NCBI RefSeq assembly: GCF_900113005.1
Contig: NZ_FONW01000007.1
Location: 78,537 to 110,536 of the forward strand
Reading direction: 5' to 3'
DNA: 32,000 nucleotides
Source of the DNA: Sunxiuqinia elliptica
GTDB lineage: Bacteria; Bacteroidota; Bacteroidia; Bacteroidales; Prolixibacteraceae
Part shown: positions 1 through 8,660 of the stretch, piece by piece
Layout of the letters: the number at the start of each line of letters is the position of its first letter
Position numbering within the stretch: position 1 is the first letter of the stretch
Program-made: the position numbers and the translations under genes
Notes under the pieces: generated by a model
The model's database searches: none
Seen by the model: the letters and a program-made list of their open reading frames with translations, nothing else
Told to the model about the DNA's origin: nothing

Positions 1-335
1 TCCCGCAGTTGATACACTTTATTGCCGCTAATTCCCCGGTTATAAACTGTCAGCTTTTTATCAGCCAATTCATTTAACAAAGCGGCACCTGCCATCAAAG
101 CATACCCGTTTCCAAAAGAACTCGCATCGTTCGGAAGCTGGCGCTTCTTGTCGCGTCCGGCATCGGTAATTGAGTCTCCCTGAAAAAGGACAGTTCCTCC
201 CTGTGGTAAGTTTTTAAATTGAGCTTTCTTTGATTTCTTCTCTGGTAAGCTAGCTGATAAAATCATTGGAATACTAGCAATTCCTGCGGCCTGAACAGCT
301 GACCGCTTAAAAAATTTTCTTCGCGATAAACTCAT
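1..335 (-). CDS. SGNH/GDSL-family hydrolase (esterase/lipase-like); N-terminal part only, the gene runs off the left window edge
   Basis: Absent from the ORF track because it has no stop in the window. My reverse-strand translation from the ATG at 335-333 gives MSLSRRKFFKRSAVQAAGIASIPMILSASLPEKKSKKAQFKNLPQGGTVLFQGDSITDAGRDKKRQLPNDASSFGNGYALMAGA... It has a twin-arginine type signal (SRRKFFK plus a hydrophobic stretch) and the SGNH block I motif GDSITD. Its start overlaps the stop of the upstream ATPase gene (ATGA, 332-335). Confidence 0.8.
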   Translation of the reverse strand, partial: MSLSRRKFFKRSAVQAAGIASIPMILSASLPEKKSKKAQFKNLPQGGTVLFQGDSITDAGRDKKRQLPNDASSFGNGYALMAGAALLNELADKKLTVYNRGISGNKVYQLR

Positions 336-877
336 GATCTCAGTTTAGTGATATAGTTAATTATAAAATTTACTCGTTGTTCAACATCTATTTTGGGTAG
401 ATGAACCAATTGATATCCCAAGTCCAAATAGGTTTTGCAAATCCATTCATGAATTTCACAAGCCTGCTCAAAGGTCTCGGAACGCACTTGGTTTTGAAGG
501 TAAATCTCCTTCCAAGGTGAAGTTATAAATACATATGGGAAATAACTATAGCTTCTTGAATTTTTAATTAAGCAGGACAGTTTTGCCTTACCTTGATACC
601 GGGCAAAAGCCAACTGATCAGGAATTCCCCGGTCAGCAAAAGCAAGCTCTTCATCAACAACTGAGCTCCAAAACGCAAGCCGCTTCTGAAAAATTAGCTC
701 GCGAAAAGCCTTTCCGTTCTTCCAGGGTAAGCAATCACCTCCATGCTCAAGCTGGTCTTGAATGATTTCTTGAGCATACTCATCCCCTACCCGATAGTTT
801 AATTCTTTCAACCGATGTATGAGACTCGTCTTTCCAAAGCCAGGTCCTCCGGTTATAACCACAATCGATTTTTGCAT
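332..877 (-). CDS. Small P-loop NTPase (AAA_28 / NadR-C-terminal-like ATPase or kinase)
   Basis: 181-aa ORF with Walker A GGPGFGKT near the N-terminus. Its size and layout are typical of single-domain AAA_28-type ATPases. It overlaps the downstream SGNH hydrolase gene by 4 nt. Confidence 0.75.
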   Translation of the reverse strand: MQKSIVVITGGPGFGKTSLIHRLKELNYRVGDEYAQEIIQDQLEHGGDCLPWKNGKAFRELIFQKRLAFWSSVVDEELAFADRGIPDQLAFARYQGKAKLSCLIKNSRSYSYFPYVFITSPWKEIYLQNQVRSETFEQACEIHEWICKTYLDLGYQLVHLPKIDVEQRVNFIINYITKLRS

Positions 878-1034
878 TTTAGTCAGATCAAGTTCTAAAT
901 ATAAGTCATCCTCTCTTCCTTATGAAAACTCAGCTTGAATCTTTTTATCTGATCCCTTTAATAATGGATTATTAAACACTCAAAAAATGCTAATAATTAG
1001 TACAAATTCAAAAAAAGTGATACTTTCGCCAATC

Positions 1035-1089
1035 AAATCGTGTTCGCACACGATTTTTTTAAACATAATTTCCGTGTGCGATAACGGAA
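1035..1089 (+). promoter_or_regulatory. Two related dyad-symmetry elements in the uxaB upstream region (candidate operator pair or leader hairpin/attenuator)
   Basis: Element 1 pairs 1035-1043 AAATCGTGT with 1048-1056 ACACGATTT (9-bp arms, 4-nt spacer TCGC) and ends in a T7 run (1054-1060, overlapping the right arm). Element 2 pairs 1070-1075 TTCCGT with 1084-1089 ACGGAA (6-bp arms, 8-nt spacer). Both share a CGTGT-n-CG core. They lie 37-91 nt upstream of the uxaB ATG. Confidence 0.3.
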
Positions 1090-1125
1090 CGAAATAGAAA
1101 GAATAGACAAAACACCTATAACAAA

Positions 1126-2604
1126 ATGGAATTAAATAACTTAACTCACAACAATCGCAAACAATACCCTTCACGAATTTTACAATTTGGTGAAGGTAAC
1201 TTTTTAAGGGCTTTTGCAGATTGGATGGTTCATAAAATGAATCAACAAACAGACTTTAATTCAGGGATTGATGTTGTGCAGCCTTTACCTTCAGGAATGG
1301 TCAATATGCTTAATGATCAGGATGGTTTGTATCATGTTTGTTTAAAAGGAATTAAGCAAGGAGAACCAGTTCAGGAATATGAGCTAATCGAATGCATTAA
1401 TCAAGGAATTAATCCTTACACCAATTTTGAACAGTACCAAAAAGCAATTCTTAATCCAGAGCTCCGCTTTGTTATTTCAAACACCACCGAGGCCGGTATT
1501 GCTTTCGACGCCAATGACAGCCTTGATATGCAACCTCAAAATTCCTTCCCAGGAAAAATTGCGACCTTGCTTTATCAACGGTTTAAAGCTTTTAAAGGGG
1601 CTTCTGAAAAAGGGCTCATCTTTTTTACCTGCGAGCTAATTGACCGGAATGGTGACATGCTTAAAAAATATGTACTTCAGCATGCAACCAATTGGCAACT
1701 GGGAGAAACATTTATTTCATGGGTCAACCTACATTGTGCTTTCTGCAATACTCTGGTGGACCGAATTGTTCCTGGATTTCCCAAAGATATCATTCATGAA
1801 ATTCATGCGGAGCTTGGCTACGAAGACCAATTGGTGGTGGTTGGTGAATACTTCCACACCTGGGTGATTGAAGCACCAAGCTGGGTACAGAAGGAATTTC
1901 CAGCAATTGATGCTGGCTTGCAAGTTAAGTTTGTTCAGGATATGACCCGCTACCGCGAAGAGAAAGTCCGGGTACTCAACGGTGCACATACCGGAAGCTT
2001 TGCCGTATCTTTATTATATGGTCTCGAAACAGTGCGTGAAAGCATTGAAAACCTCGAAGTAGGTCGTTTCATGAAAGAGATGATTTATGATGAAGTTTTA
2101 AAAGGACTTAACGGAAACGAAGCAGAGCTGCAAGCTTTCGCTGCTAAAATTCTGGAACGTTTCTACAATCCTTACATCAAGCACCAATGGACAAGCATTG
2201 CCCTGAATGCCCTTAGCAAATGGGAAACTCGTTGTTTGCCTTCACTAATCGACTACAAAGCCAATACCGGAGCCTTACCACAAAAGATTGTTTTCTCATT
2301 GGCTGCACTCATTTCTTACTACAAAGGTGAAGTTGAAGGACAATCATACAGCTTAACAGATGATCAAGTGCACCTTGATTTCTTCAATCAATTGTGGGGC
2401 GAAACCAATAATAGCCCCGAAGAAGTCTTTGAACTAACTCAAAAGGCACTTGCTTACAAACAACTCTGGAAGATGGACCTGAATGAAGTCGAAGGGCTGG
2501 CTCAAGCCGTATCTTCCTACATCTACTTAATCGAACAAGTTGGGATGAAAAAGGCGATCAAAGCCGTATTGGGCAAAAAGCAACCTTTCAAGAAAGCAGC
2601 TTAA
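1126..2604 (+). CDS. uxaB: Tagaturonate reductase (altronate oxidoreductase), mannitol dehydrogenase family
   Basis: 492 aa, collinear with E. coli UxaB as I recall it. Shared blocks include ILQFGEGNFLRAF, RFVISNTTEAGI, FTCELIDRNGD, CNTLVDRIVPG, REEKVRVLNGAHT, FYNPYIKHQ and ALPQKIVFSLAALI. It sits directly upstream of uxaA. Confidence 0.92.
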   Translation: MELNNLTHNNRKQYPSRILQFGEGNFLRAFADWMVHKMNQQTDFNSGIDVVQPLPSGMVNMLNDQDGLYHVCLKGIKQGEPVQEYELIECINQGINPYTNFEQYQKAILNPELRFVISNTTEAGIAFDANDSLDMQPQNSFPGKIATLLYQRFKAFKGASEKGLIFFTCELIDRNGDMLKKYVLQHATNWQLGETFISWVNLHCAFCNTLVDRIVPGFPKDIIHEIHAELGYEDQLVVVGEYFHTWVIEAPSWVQKEFPAIDAGLQVKFVQDMTRYREEKVRVLNGAHTGSFAVSLLYGLETVRESIENLEVGRFMKEMIYDEVLKGLNGNEAELQAFAAKILERFYNPYIKHQWTSIALNALSKWETRCLPSLIDYKANTGALPQKIVFSLAALISYYKGEVEGQSYSLTDDQVHLDFFNQLWGETNNSPEEVFELTQKALAYKQLWKMDLNEVEGLAQAVSSYIYLIEQVGMKKAIKAVLGKKQPFKKAA

Positions 2605-2675
2605 CCCCAGTTGTAGAACAAATTAAGATCGATGGTCTATAAGCTTTTGAGTCTTAATTATAAAACTTTAAACGG

Positions 2676-4166
2676 ATGAAAGATTTTTTGAAGATCCATT
2701 CTGATGACAACGTATTAATTGCCTTGAAAGACTTACCGCAAGGCTACCTAGTCAAACAGGAAGATGGCACTAGCCTGGAGCTTTCGGAACCGATTCCCTA
2801 TGCACACAAATTTGCAGCTACTGATATAGCAGAAGGGACCGATGTGGTGAAGTACGGAGCCCCAATTGGCTATGCAACAAGCACCATCATACCAGGACAA
2901 CATGTTCACACACACAACACCAAGACCAAGTTATCCGGTACCATCAATTACCAGTTCAACCAACTTTTGTCTGATCCTCAACTCAAAAATGAGAACCGGA
3001 CCTTCATGGGTTACCAACGAGCCAATGGAGAAGTTGGTATCCGTAATGAACTTTGGATTGTACCAACGGTTGGTTGTGTCAACGGACAAGCTGACCAGAT
3101 TATCAATCAGTTCAAAGCCAAGCATCCCGCCAACGACATCGACCATGTTCAGGTCTTTCGTCACAGCTATGGCTGTTCTCAGCTAGGCGACGATCATCAA
3201 AATACGCAAAAGGCACTGGCCAACCTGATTAAACACCCCAATGCTGGAGGTGTTCTCGTGCTTGGCTTAGGTTGTGAGAACAACCAAATCAGCGAGTTAA
3301 AGAAATTCATTGGCGATTACGACGAAAGTCGTATCCGTTTTCTAACAGCTCAAGAAGTCGAAGATGAGGTTGAAGAAGGCTTAAAGCTTTTTGAATCCAT
3401 CTATGAAACCATGCGACACGACAAACGCGAAAGCTGCCCGGTATCAGCCCTTAAAATTGGGCTCAAATGTGGTGGATCAGACGGATTATCTGGTATTACA
3501 GCCAATCCTTTAGTTGGAGCCCTTTCGGATTACCTGATTGCACAAGGTGGCAGTACCATATTAACTGAGGTTCCGGAGATGTTTGGAGCCGAACACCTTC
3601 TCATGGAACGTGCTGAGAACAAGTTCATATTCGATAAAACCGTCAAACTCATCAACGATTTCAAAGAATATTACCTCAAGCATAATTTACCGGTTTATGA
3701 AAATCCATCGCCCGGAAATAAAAAAGGAGGTATTACAACTCTTGAGGACAAGTCGCTTGGTTGCACTCAAAAAGGAGGCACGGCAACCGTTGTTGATGTG
3801 TTAAATTATGCCGAGCCAATTCAAAAAAATGGGCTCAATTTATTGGCTTCACCAGGTAATGATCTGGTCGCGGCATCAGCATTGGGATTCAGTGGATGTC
3901 AGTTGGTTCTCTTCACAACCGGACGCGGAACCCCCTTTGGCAGCTTTGTTCCAACCATGAAAATTGCCACCAATACGGCACTTTTCGAGAAAAAGAAAAA
4001 CTGGATTGATTTTAATGCTGGAAAATTATTAGAAAATTACAGCATGCAACAACTTACTAGCGAGCTATTTAATGAAATTATTATAATAGCTGAAGGCAAA
4101 AAATTAAAACATGAACTAACTGGGTTCAAAGAAATTGCTATCTTTAAGACCGGAATAACCTTATAA
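2676..4166 (+). CDS. uxaA: Altronate dehydratase (altronate hydrolase)
   Basis: 496 aa, with near full-length similarity to E. coli UxaA from memory. Shared blocks include the N-terminal SAF-like IHSDDNVLIAL, GHKFA-like AHKFAATDIA, GIRNELWIVPTVGCVNG, YGCSQLGDDH, GLGCENNQ, GLKCGGSDGLSGITANP, LTEVPEMFGAE, YENPSPGNKKGGITTLEDKSLGCTQK and FTTGRGTP. Confidence 0.94.
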   Translation: MKDFLKIHSDDNVLIALKDLPQGYLVKQEDGTSLELSEPIPYAHKFAATDIAEGTDVVKYGAPIGYATSTIIPGQHVHTHNTKTKLSGTINYQFNQLLSDPQLKNENRTFMGYQRANGEVGIRNELWIVPTVGCVNGQADQIINQFKAKHPANDIDHVQVFRHSYGCSQLGDDHQNTQKALANLIKHPNAGGVLVLGLGCENNQISELKKFIGDYDESRIRFLTAQEVEDEVEEGLKLFESIYETMRHDKRESCPVSALKIGLKCGGSDGLSGITANPLVGALSDYLIAQGGSTILTEVPEMFGAEHLLMERAENKFIFDKTVKLINDFKEYYLKHNLPVYENPSPGNKKGGITTLEDKSLGCTQKGGTATVVDVLNYAEPIQKNGLNLLASPGNDLVAASALGFSGCQLVLFTTGRGTPFGSFVPTMKIATNTALFEKKKNWIDFNAGKLLENYSMQQLTSELFNEIIIIAEGKKLKHELTGFKEIAIFKTGITL

Positions 4167-4217
4167 TATTAAGATATCCCCTTGAGGAGGGGTAGTTAGT
4201 AGTAATTGAGTAGTAGT

Positions 4218-4251
4218 AAAAAAAAACCCTTCGGCATGCCGAAGGGTTTTT
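4218..4251. terminator. Bidirectional intrinsic terminator between convergent uxaA and fprA
   Basis: Perfect 20-nt GC-rich palindrome CCCTTCGGCATGCCGAAGGG (4227-4246). It is flanked by an A9 run (4218-4226) on the left and a T5 run (4247-4251) on the right, giving a stem plus U-tract on both strands. Confidence 0.85.
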
Positions 4252-4278
4252 GTATTATAGGTTAATTCGATTTCGAAA

Positions 4279-5469
4279 TTAAGCTTGCAGTAATTTATCG
4301 GCCATTGCATTTGCCAAGTCGATACACTGCTCGAACTTATCTTTTTTGAGAGCTCCTTTTTCTTCAATAGGATCGTGCACCAAGTCCCATTTGATGTTTT
4401 CAGCAAACTTCATCAAGTTTTTCACACCACCACCGTTCCAAGCATAGTTTCCAAACACACCCAAATAGTGATCTTTGATTCCCATATGTTCAATGGTTGT
4501 AATCAGCGTCTGTACATTTGGGAACATCGCATTGTTGTAGGCACAGCTTCCAACGATAAATCCTTTGTATTTAAAGATGTCGTTAATGATGTACGAAGAG
4601 TGAGTCTTAGAAGCATCATAAACGCGAATATCCTTAATGCCACGCTCACTCAGTTGGCGAGCAATCACTTCGGCCATCTTTTGTGTATTTCCATACATTG
4701 ATCCGTAAACGACAATTACACCAGGATCGGTATCATAGGTACTCCATTTGTTGTAACGGCTCAATACCCAATCCAAGTCGGTCCGCCAGATAGGGCCGTG
4801 CGTTGCCGCAATCATTTTAATGTCCAAAGGAGCTAATTTCTTAATTGCCCGCTGGGTGTGAGGACAATACTTTCCGACGATATTGGTGAAGTAGCGCATA
4901 ATCTCCACTTCGTAGAAATCCAAATTGATTTCATCGTCAAAAACACCTCCATCCAAGGTTCCGTAGCTACCAAAGGCATCTCCTGAGAACAAAATTTTGT
5001 TTGTTTCATCATAAGTCACCATGGTTTCCGGCCAGTGTACCATCGGAATCATTTGAAATTGTAATTTCACTTCACCCAATTCCAAGGTAGCTCCATCATG
5101 TACTTCCAGTGTATTTTCAGGCTTAAAATAAAAGCTTTCAACAAAGCCAAAAGTCTTTTTGTTACCGACCAAAGTAACTTCCGGATATTTCGTTTTGATC
5201 GCCTTAATTGCGCCTGAGTGGTCTGGCTCCATATGGTTAATTATCAAATAATCAACCGGTCTGTCACCGATGATTGCTTCAATCTGATCCAGATAATCAT
5301 CAATAAACTGACGTTCAACGGTATCAACCAAAGCGATTTTTTCGTCAACAATTAAGTAAGAGTTGTAAGAAACACCGTGAGGAATCGGCCAGATATTTTC
5401 GAACAAGTGAGTTCGCCGATCATTATACCCCAAATAGTAGGTATTTTCAGCAAGTTTAACCTGATGCAT
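4279..5469 (-). CDS. fprA: FprA-family A-type flavoprotein (flavodiiron protein; metallo-beta-lactamase-like plus flavodoxin-like domains)
   Basis: The track ORF is 4279..5502. I place the start at the internal ATG at 5469 (MHQVKLAENTYYLG...), which matches the usual flavodiiron N-terminus. The 11 extra residues (MTGKSNKKSKI) look like read-through of upstream sequence. The di-iron motif region is INHMEPDHSG, and the C-terminal flavodoxin-like part reads VVYGSMYGNT. Confidence 0.9.
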   Translation of the reverse strand: MHQVKLAENTYYLGYNDRRTHLFENIWPIPHGVSYNSYLIVDEKIALVDTVERQFIDDYLDQIEAIIGDRPVDYLIINHMEPDHSGAIKAIKTKYPEVTLVGNKKTFGFVESFYFKPENTLEVHDGATLELGEVKLQFQMIPMVHWPETMVTYDETNKILFSGDAFGSYGTLDGGVFDDEINLDFYEVEIMRYFTNIVGKYCPHTQRAIKKLAPLDIKMIAATHGPIWRTDLDWVLSRYNKWSTYDTDPGVIVVYGSMYGNTQKMAEVIARQLSERGIKDIRVYDASKTHSSYIINDIFKYKGFIVGSCAYNNAMFPNVQTLITTIEHMGIKDHYLGVFGNYAWNGGGVKNLMKFAENIKWDLVHDPIEEKGALKKDKFEQCIDLANAMADKLLQA

Positions 5470-5598
5470 AATTTTCGATTTTTTATTACTTTTTCCGGTC
5501 ACGAAAATAACTAATTTAGATTAGATCTAAGCTTTAGCTTGGTTAAATGATAAAAAATTAAGGAAAAGCTCATACATTCATCGTTCCGAAGAAAAGTT

Positions 5599-5606
5599 TA
5601 TTTTTG
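5599..5606 (+). promoter_or_regulatory. Candidate Bacteroidota sigma-A -7 box (TAnnTTTG) for mltG
   Basis: Exact match TATTTTTG, 20 nt upstream of the mltG ATG. I found no convincing -33 TTTG partner. Confidence 0.3.
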
Positions 5607-5625
5607 TAGGCCAAAACCATAACAC

Positions 5626-6687
5626 ATGACTTTAAAATCGAATAGTCGAATTCATTTATTTCCCAAACTCAATAAAGGGTTAATTATCTTTTTTGCGGTT
5701 GCGTTCGTTGTTGCCGGACTGAGAGGATACCAGCTTTTTCAGTACATTTTTGAGGAGAACGTAAAGCATCCGGGAAGCATTACCATTCCTCGTGAAGCAA
5801 CTTTTCAGGATGTACTTGACTCATTAAACAAACAGGACATCCTGATCAACGAAAAAGCCTTTAAGTGGGTTGCCAAAAAGAAGGAGTACCCAGAATTGAT
5901 TAAGCCCGGCAAGTACGTTTTTGACAGTGGCATGAACACCAATCAAATTGTCAATATGTTGCGGGCGGGCGACCAAAAACCCGTGTCGGTTATCTTTAAC
6001 AACCTTCGTTTTATTGATGAACTGGCTGGTTCTGTAGCACGCTATATCGAACCAGACTCACTCACGCTGCTGACTTATCTCAACGACAGCACGGTCATCG
6101 ATCAACATGGCTTTGATCCCTACTCATTTCATGCGATGTTTATTCCGAACACCTACGAGTTTTACTGGACAACAACGCCAGAGCAATTTGTCGATCGGAT
6201 GTTTGCAGAATACAATCGCTTTTGGAATGAAAACAGAAAGAACAAGGCCAAAGCACTTGGGCTGACTCCAGTGCAGGTTTCAACCATTGCCTCCATCGTT
6301 CAGGAAGAAACCATCAAGGCCAATGAGAAACCGCGGGTGGCAGGACTATACCTTAACCGAATTAAGCGGGGCATGCTACTGCAAGCCGACCCCACAATCA
6401 AATTTGCCGTGGGCGATTTCAGTATCAAACGAGTGCTCAACAAACACCTCGAAATTGACTCCCCTTACAACACCTACATTCATTCAGGACTTCCCCCAGG
6501 CCCAATCAACTTTCCTGAAATTTCAAGTATTGAGGCTGTTTTGAATGCAGAACAACACAGCTATATTTACATGTGCGCCAGCGACGAATTCAATGGCTAC
6601 CACAATTTTGCCCGCACCCTTCATGAGCACAACAAAAACGCCCGTCGTTACCAACAAGCCCTCAATGCCAACAAAATCTGGCGCTAA
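5626..6687 (+). CDS. mltG: Endolytic murein transglycosylase MltG (YceG-like)
   Basis: 353 aa with an N-terminal membrane anchor (LIIFFAVAFVVAGL). The YceG catalytic region is ASIVQEETIKANEKPRVAGLYLNRIKRGMLLQADPT, followed by SPYNTY..GLPPGPI. Confidence 0.9.
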   Translation: MTLKSNSRIHLFPKLNKGLIIFFAVAFVVAGLRGYQLFQYIFEENVKHPGSITIPREATFQDVLDSLNKQDILINEKAFKWVAKKKEYPELIKPGKYVFDSGMNTNQIVNMLRAGDQKPVSVIFNNLRFIDELAGSVARYIEPDSLTLLTYLNDSTVIDQHGFDPYSFHAMFIPNTYEFYWTTTPEQFVDRMFAEYNRFWNENRKNKAKALGLTPVQVSTIASIVQEETIKANEKPRVAGLYLNRIKRGMLLQADPTIKFAVGDFSIKRVLNKHLEIDSPYNTYIHSGLPPGPINFPEISSIEAVLNAEQHSYIYMCASDEFNGYHNFARTLHEHNKNARRYQQALNANKIWR

Positions 6688-6777
6688 CACATAGCATCTT
6701 CCCCATCCTTTTTACACTTCTTAAGACTCTTTCTGTTTTCTTAGCAGTATTTAAAGAAAGTTAACCAAGTTCAAAGC

Positions 6778-6785
6778 TAGTTTTG
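6778..6785 (+). promoter_or_regulatory. Candidate -7 box (TAnnTTTG) upstream of the 170-aa secreted protein gene
   Basis: Exact match TAGTTTTG, 12 nt upstream of the ATG at 6798. No clear -33 element. Confidence 0.25.
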
Positions 6786-6797
6786 ATGTAAAAATGC

Positions 6798-7310
6798 ATG
6801 AAGCTAACTTTACCGCTTTTATTCTTTCTTTCGATTGCTGAGTTTTCGCTAGCTCAGGATGAACCTAAACGAATTGTTTTCAAAGGCTATATTTTCTCTG
6901 AAGATTCGATTCCTGCGGAAAACGCTCACCTCATTGAATACCGGAATCTAAAAATTGTTAGTACCGACAGTACCGGACGCTTTACTGTTTTTACCTACGA
7001 AGGCGACTCCATGATGGTTAACCACCTGTCACTTGATCCTTTGGTTATTCATGCCAATGAACTCCCAGCTGATTCCAACCGCTTTTATATACCCAATCGC
7101 ACCTACCAACTTCCAACTATTTTTTCTTCTGAATTGGAACTTGAATATGTAAAAAAGAATGTGCAGAAAATGAATTGGGAAATAAAATATACCAACAACC
7201 ATACTCCCCCTCGAATGCCCTTAAATTATTACGACAATCCATACGACCCGGACCATTCGCCGGGAGTTAGCTTTTCAGGACTATTTAAGCTGCTTTTCAA
7301 GAAAAAATAA
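6798..7310 (+). CDS. Hypothetical secreted protein with an N-terminal CarboxypepD_reg-like beta-sandwich signature
   Basis: 170 aa with a signal peptide (MKLTLPLLFFLSIAEFSLAQ). The segment IVFKGYIFSEDSIPAENAHL...STDSTGRFTV follows the G-x-V..D....P...A.V.....TD..G.F pattern of carboxypeptidase-regulatory-like domains. No catalytic motif was recognised. Confidence 0.6.
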   Translation: MKLTLPLLFFLSIAEFSLAQDEPKRIVFKGYIFSEDSIPAENAHLIEYRNLKIVSTDSTGRFTVFTYEGDSMMVNHLSLDPLVIHANELPADSNRFYIPNRTYQLPTIFSSELELEYVKKNVQKMNWEIKYTNNHTPPRMPLNYYDNPYDPDHSPGVSFSGLFKLLFKKK

Positions 7311-7360
7311 TCAAGAAAAATATTATCTTTACACCTTATTTCAAGCCAAAACCAACCATC

Positions 7361-8020
7361 ATGACATTTAAAGCCGTTATTTTCGATTTTAATGGAACCT
7401 TATTCTGGGATACTCCCTTTCACAACGAAGCATGGGATTTGTTTTTAGAACGTTATCAACTTCCACTAACTGACCAGGAAAAAGATGAAAAGATTCATGG
7501 TAAACCGAATAAAGCTATTTTCAACGCGCTATTTAACCGCGAAGTTAGTGCCGAAGAACTAACCGGATTCATTTACGAAAAGGAAAAACTTTATCAGGAG
7601 ATTTGCCTCCGAGAGAAGCAAGGCCTTGCCGATGGCGTCCCCGAGTTGTTGAATTTCCTTAAACAACAACAATTCGATTACACCATCGCTACCTCAGCTG
7701 AAATCAATAACCTTCGTTTCTTTTTCAAGCAGTTTAAGCTGGATAAATGGTTTGATCCGGAGCGTGTTGTTTTTGATGACGGCGTACTTCCTGGTAAGCC
7801 TCAACCCGACAGCTTTCAGAAAGCCATGAACCTGTTGAATTGTGCCCCTGAAGAATGCATCATTTTTGAGGATTCAATCGCTGGAATTCAGGCAGCAGAA
7901 GCAGCTGGAGCTGGCAAAATCATCATCGTCAACTCAACAGGAGCTGATTATAGCCAGTACAAACACGAAGTTATTGAGAGTTTCCTTGACTTAGACAAAA
8001 ACTTTTTCAGATCCAATTAA
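7361..8020 (+). CDS. HAD-superfamily hydrolase (beta-phosphoglucomutase/phosphatase-like subfamily IA)
   Basis: 219 aa. HAD motif I is VIFDFNGTL, with Asn at the Asp+2 position. Motif II is TIATSA, motif III is the Lys in PGKPQPD, and motif IV is FEDSIAGIQAAEAAG. Confidence 0.85.
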   Translation: MTFKAVIFDFNGTLFWDTPFHNEAWDLFLERYQLPLTDQEKDEKIHGKPNKAIFNALFNREVSAEELTGFIYEKEKLYQEICLREKQGLADGVPELLNFLKQQQFDYTIATSAEINNLRFFFKQFKLDKWFDPERVVFDDGVLPGKPQPDSFQKAMNLLNCAPEECIIFEDSIAGIQAAEAAGAGKIIIVNSTGADYSQYKHEVIESFLDLDKNFFRSN

Positions 8021-8660
8021 ACATATCGATCCAAAAATAATGGCCCATCCCAATGGTAAAAATCATGTTGCCATAAAGGCTGTGTAGAAAGGCCGTAAAC
8101 AATACGCTTCTGAAACGGGCATACAGCCAACTCAGGTAAAGGCCCAACACAAAGGTTAGCAAAAGCGACACGAAGTGAAAGTAAAAGATATGAGCAAAAC
8201 TAAAGGCAATTGCACTAATCAAGATAATGGTTTGCTGATTGCCTAACACTCCTTCATAACGCCGAAAGATAAAGGTTCGGAAAATAATCTCCTGCACCGA
8301 AGCTGAAAACACGGGGTACAAAGTGCTTAACAAAAGCCAAACTCTCCAATTTCCGGCTGGAAGATTAAACAGGTTCCCACGATCAAAAAGATATACCCAT
8401 GCCATCATAAAAAGCGAGACAATAAAGGCAACCACCAAATGTTTAATAACCGTTCCCCATTTTACCGGAAAATGCCAAAGCTCGCTCCATCGAAAGTTGG
8501 TGAAATAATGCAACAACAGGAAAACAAAGGCCAACAAAGGTAAAAGGACTGAACTCGGATGTAATAAATCACCTTCAAGCAAAAGGAACATAGGAATCCC
8601 GAAAAAGAACAAGATAAACTCAACCGCCAAGTATATTCGTCTTTGCTTTGATCGTTCCAT
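8007..8660 (-). CDS. CPBP-family intramembrane glutamic endopeptidase (CAAX protease / Abi-like)
   Basis: 217 aa and polytopic. It carries the CPBP motifs VQEIIFRTF (EExxxR), FSFAHIFY (FxxxH) and FLHSLYGN (HxxxN/D). Its 3' end overlaps the convergent HAD gene by 14 nt. Confidence 0.85.
   Translation of the reverse strand: MERSKQRRIYLAVEFILFFFGIPMFLLLEGDLLHPSSVLLPLLAFVFLLLHYFTNFRWSELWHFPVKWGTVIKHLVVAFIVSLFMMAWVYLFDRGNLFNLPAGNWRVWLLLSTLYPVFSASVQEIIFRTFIFRRYEGVLGNQQTIILISAIAFSFAHIFYFHFVSLLLTFVLGLYLSWLYARFRSVLFTAFLHSLYGNMIFTIGMGHYFWIDMFNWI

Noticed and set aside
980-1174. A 64-aa minus-strand ORF spans the uxaB promoter region and start codon.
   Set aside because: It overlaps the well-supported uxaB N-terminus and the regulatory dyads. 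It is Cys/Phe-rich with an odd composition and has no motif. It is most likely spurious.
4218-4251. The perfect GC-rich palindrome between uxaA and fprA, considered as a possible protein-binding site or repeat element.
   Set aside because: The flanking A-run and T-run, and its position between two convergent stop codons, make a bidirectional intrinsic terminator the sufficient explanation.
5470-5502. N-terminal extensions in the track ORFs for fprA (11 aa) and the esterase (17 aa, 10288-10338).
   Set aside because: Internal ATGs give the N-termini expected for the families: the flavodiiron start MHQVKL..., and the esterase start with a canonical signal peptide MKNLFTLLLV... The extensions are probably upstream read-through. 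This is a call on start-site choice only.
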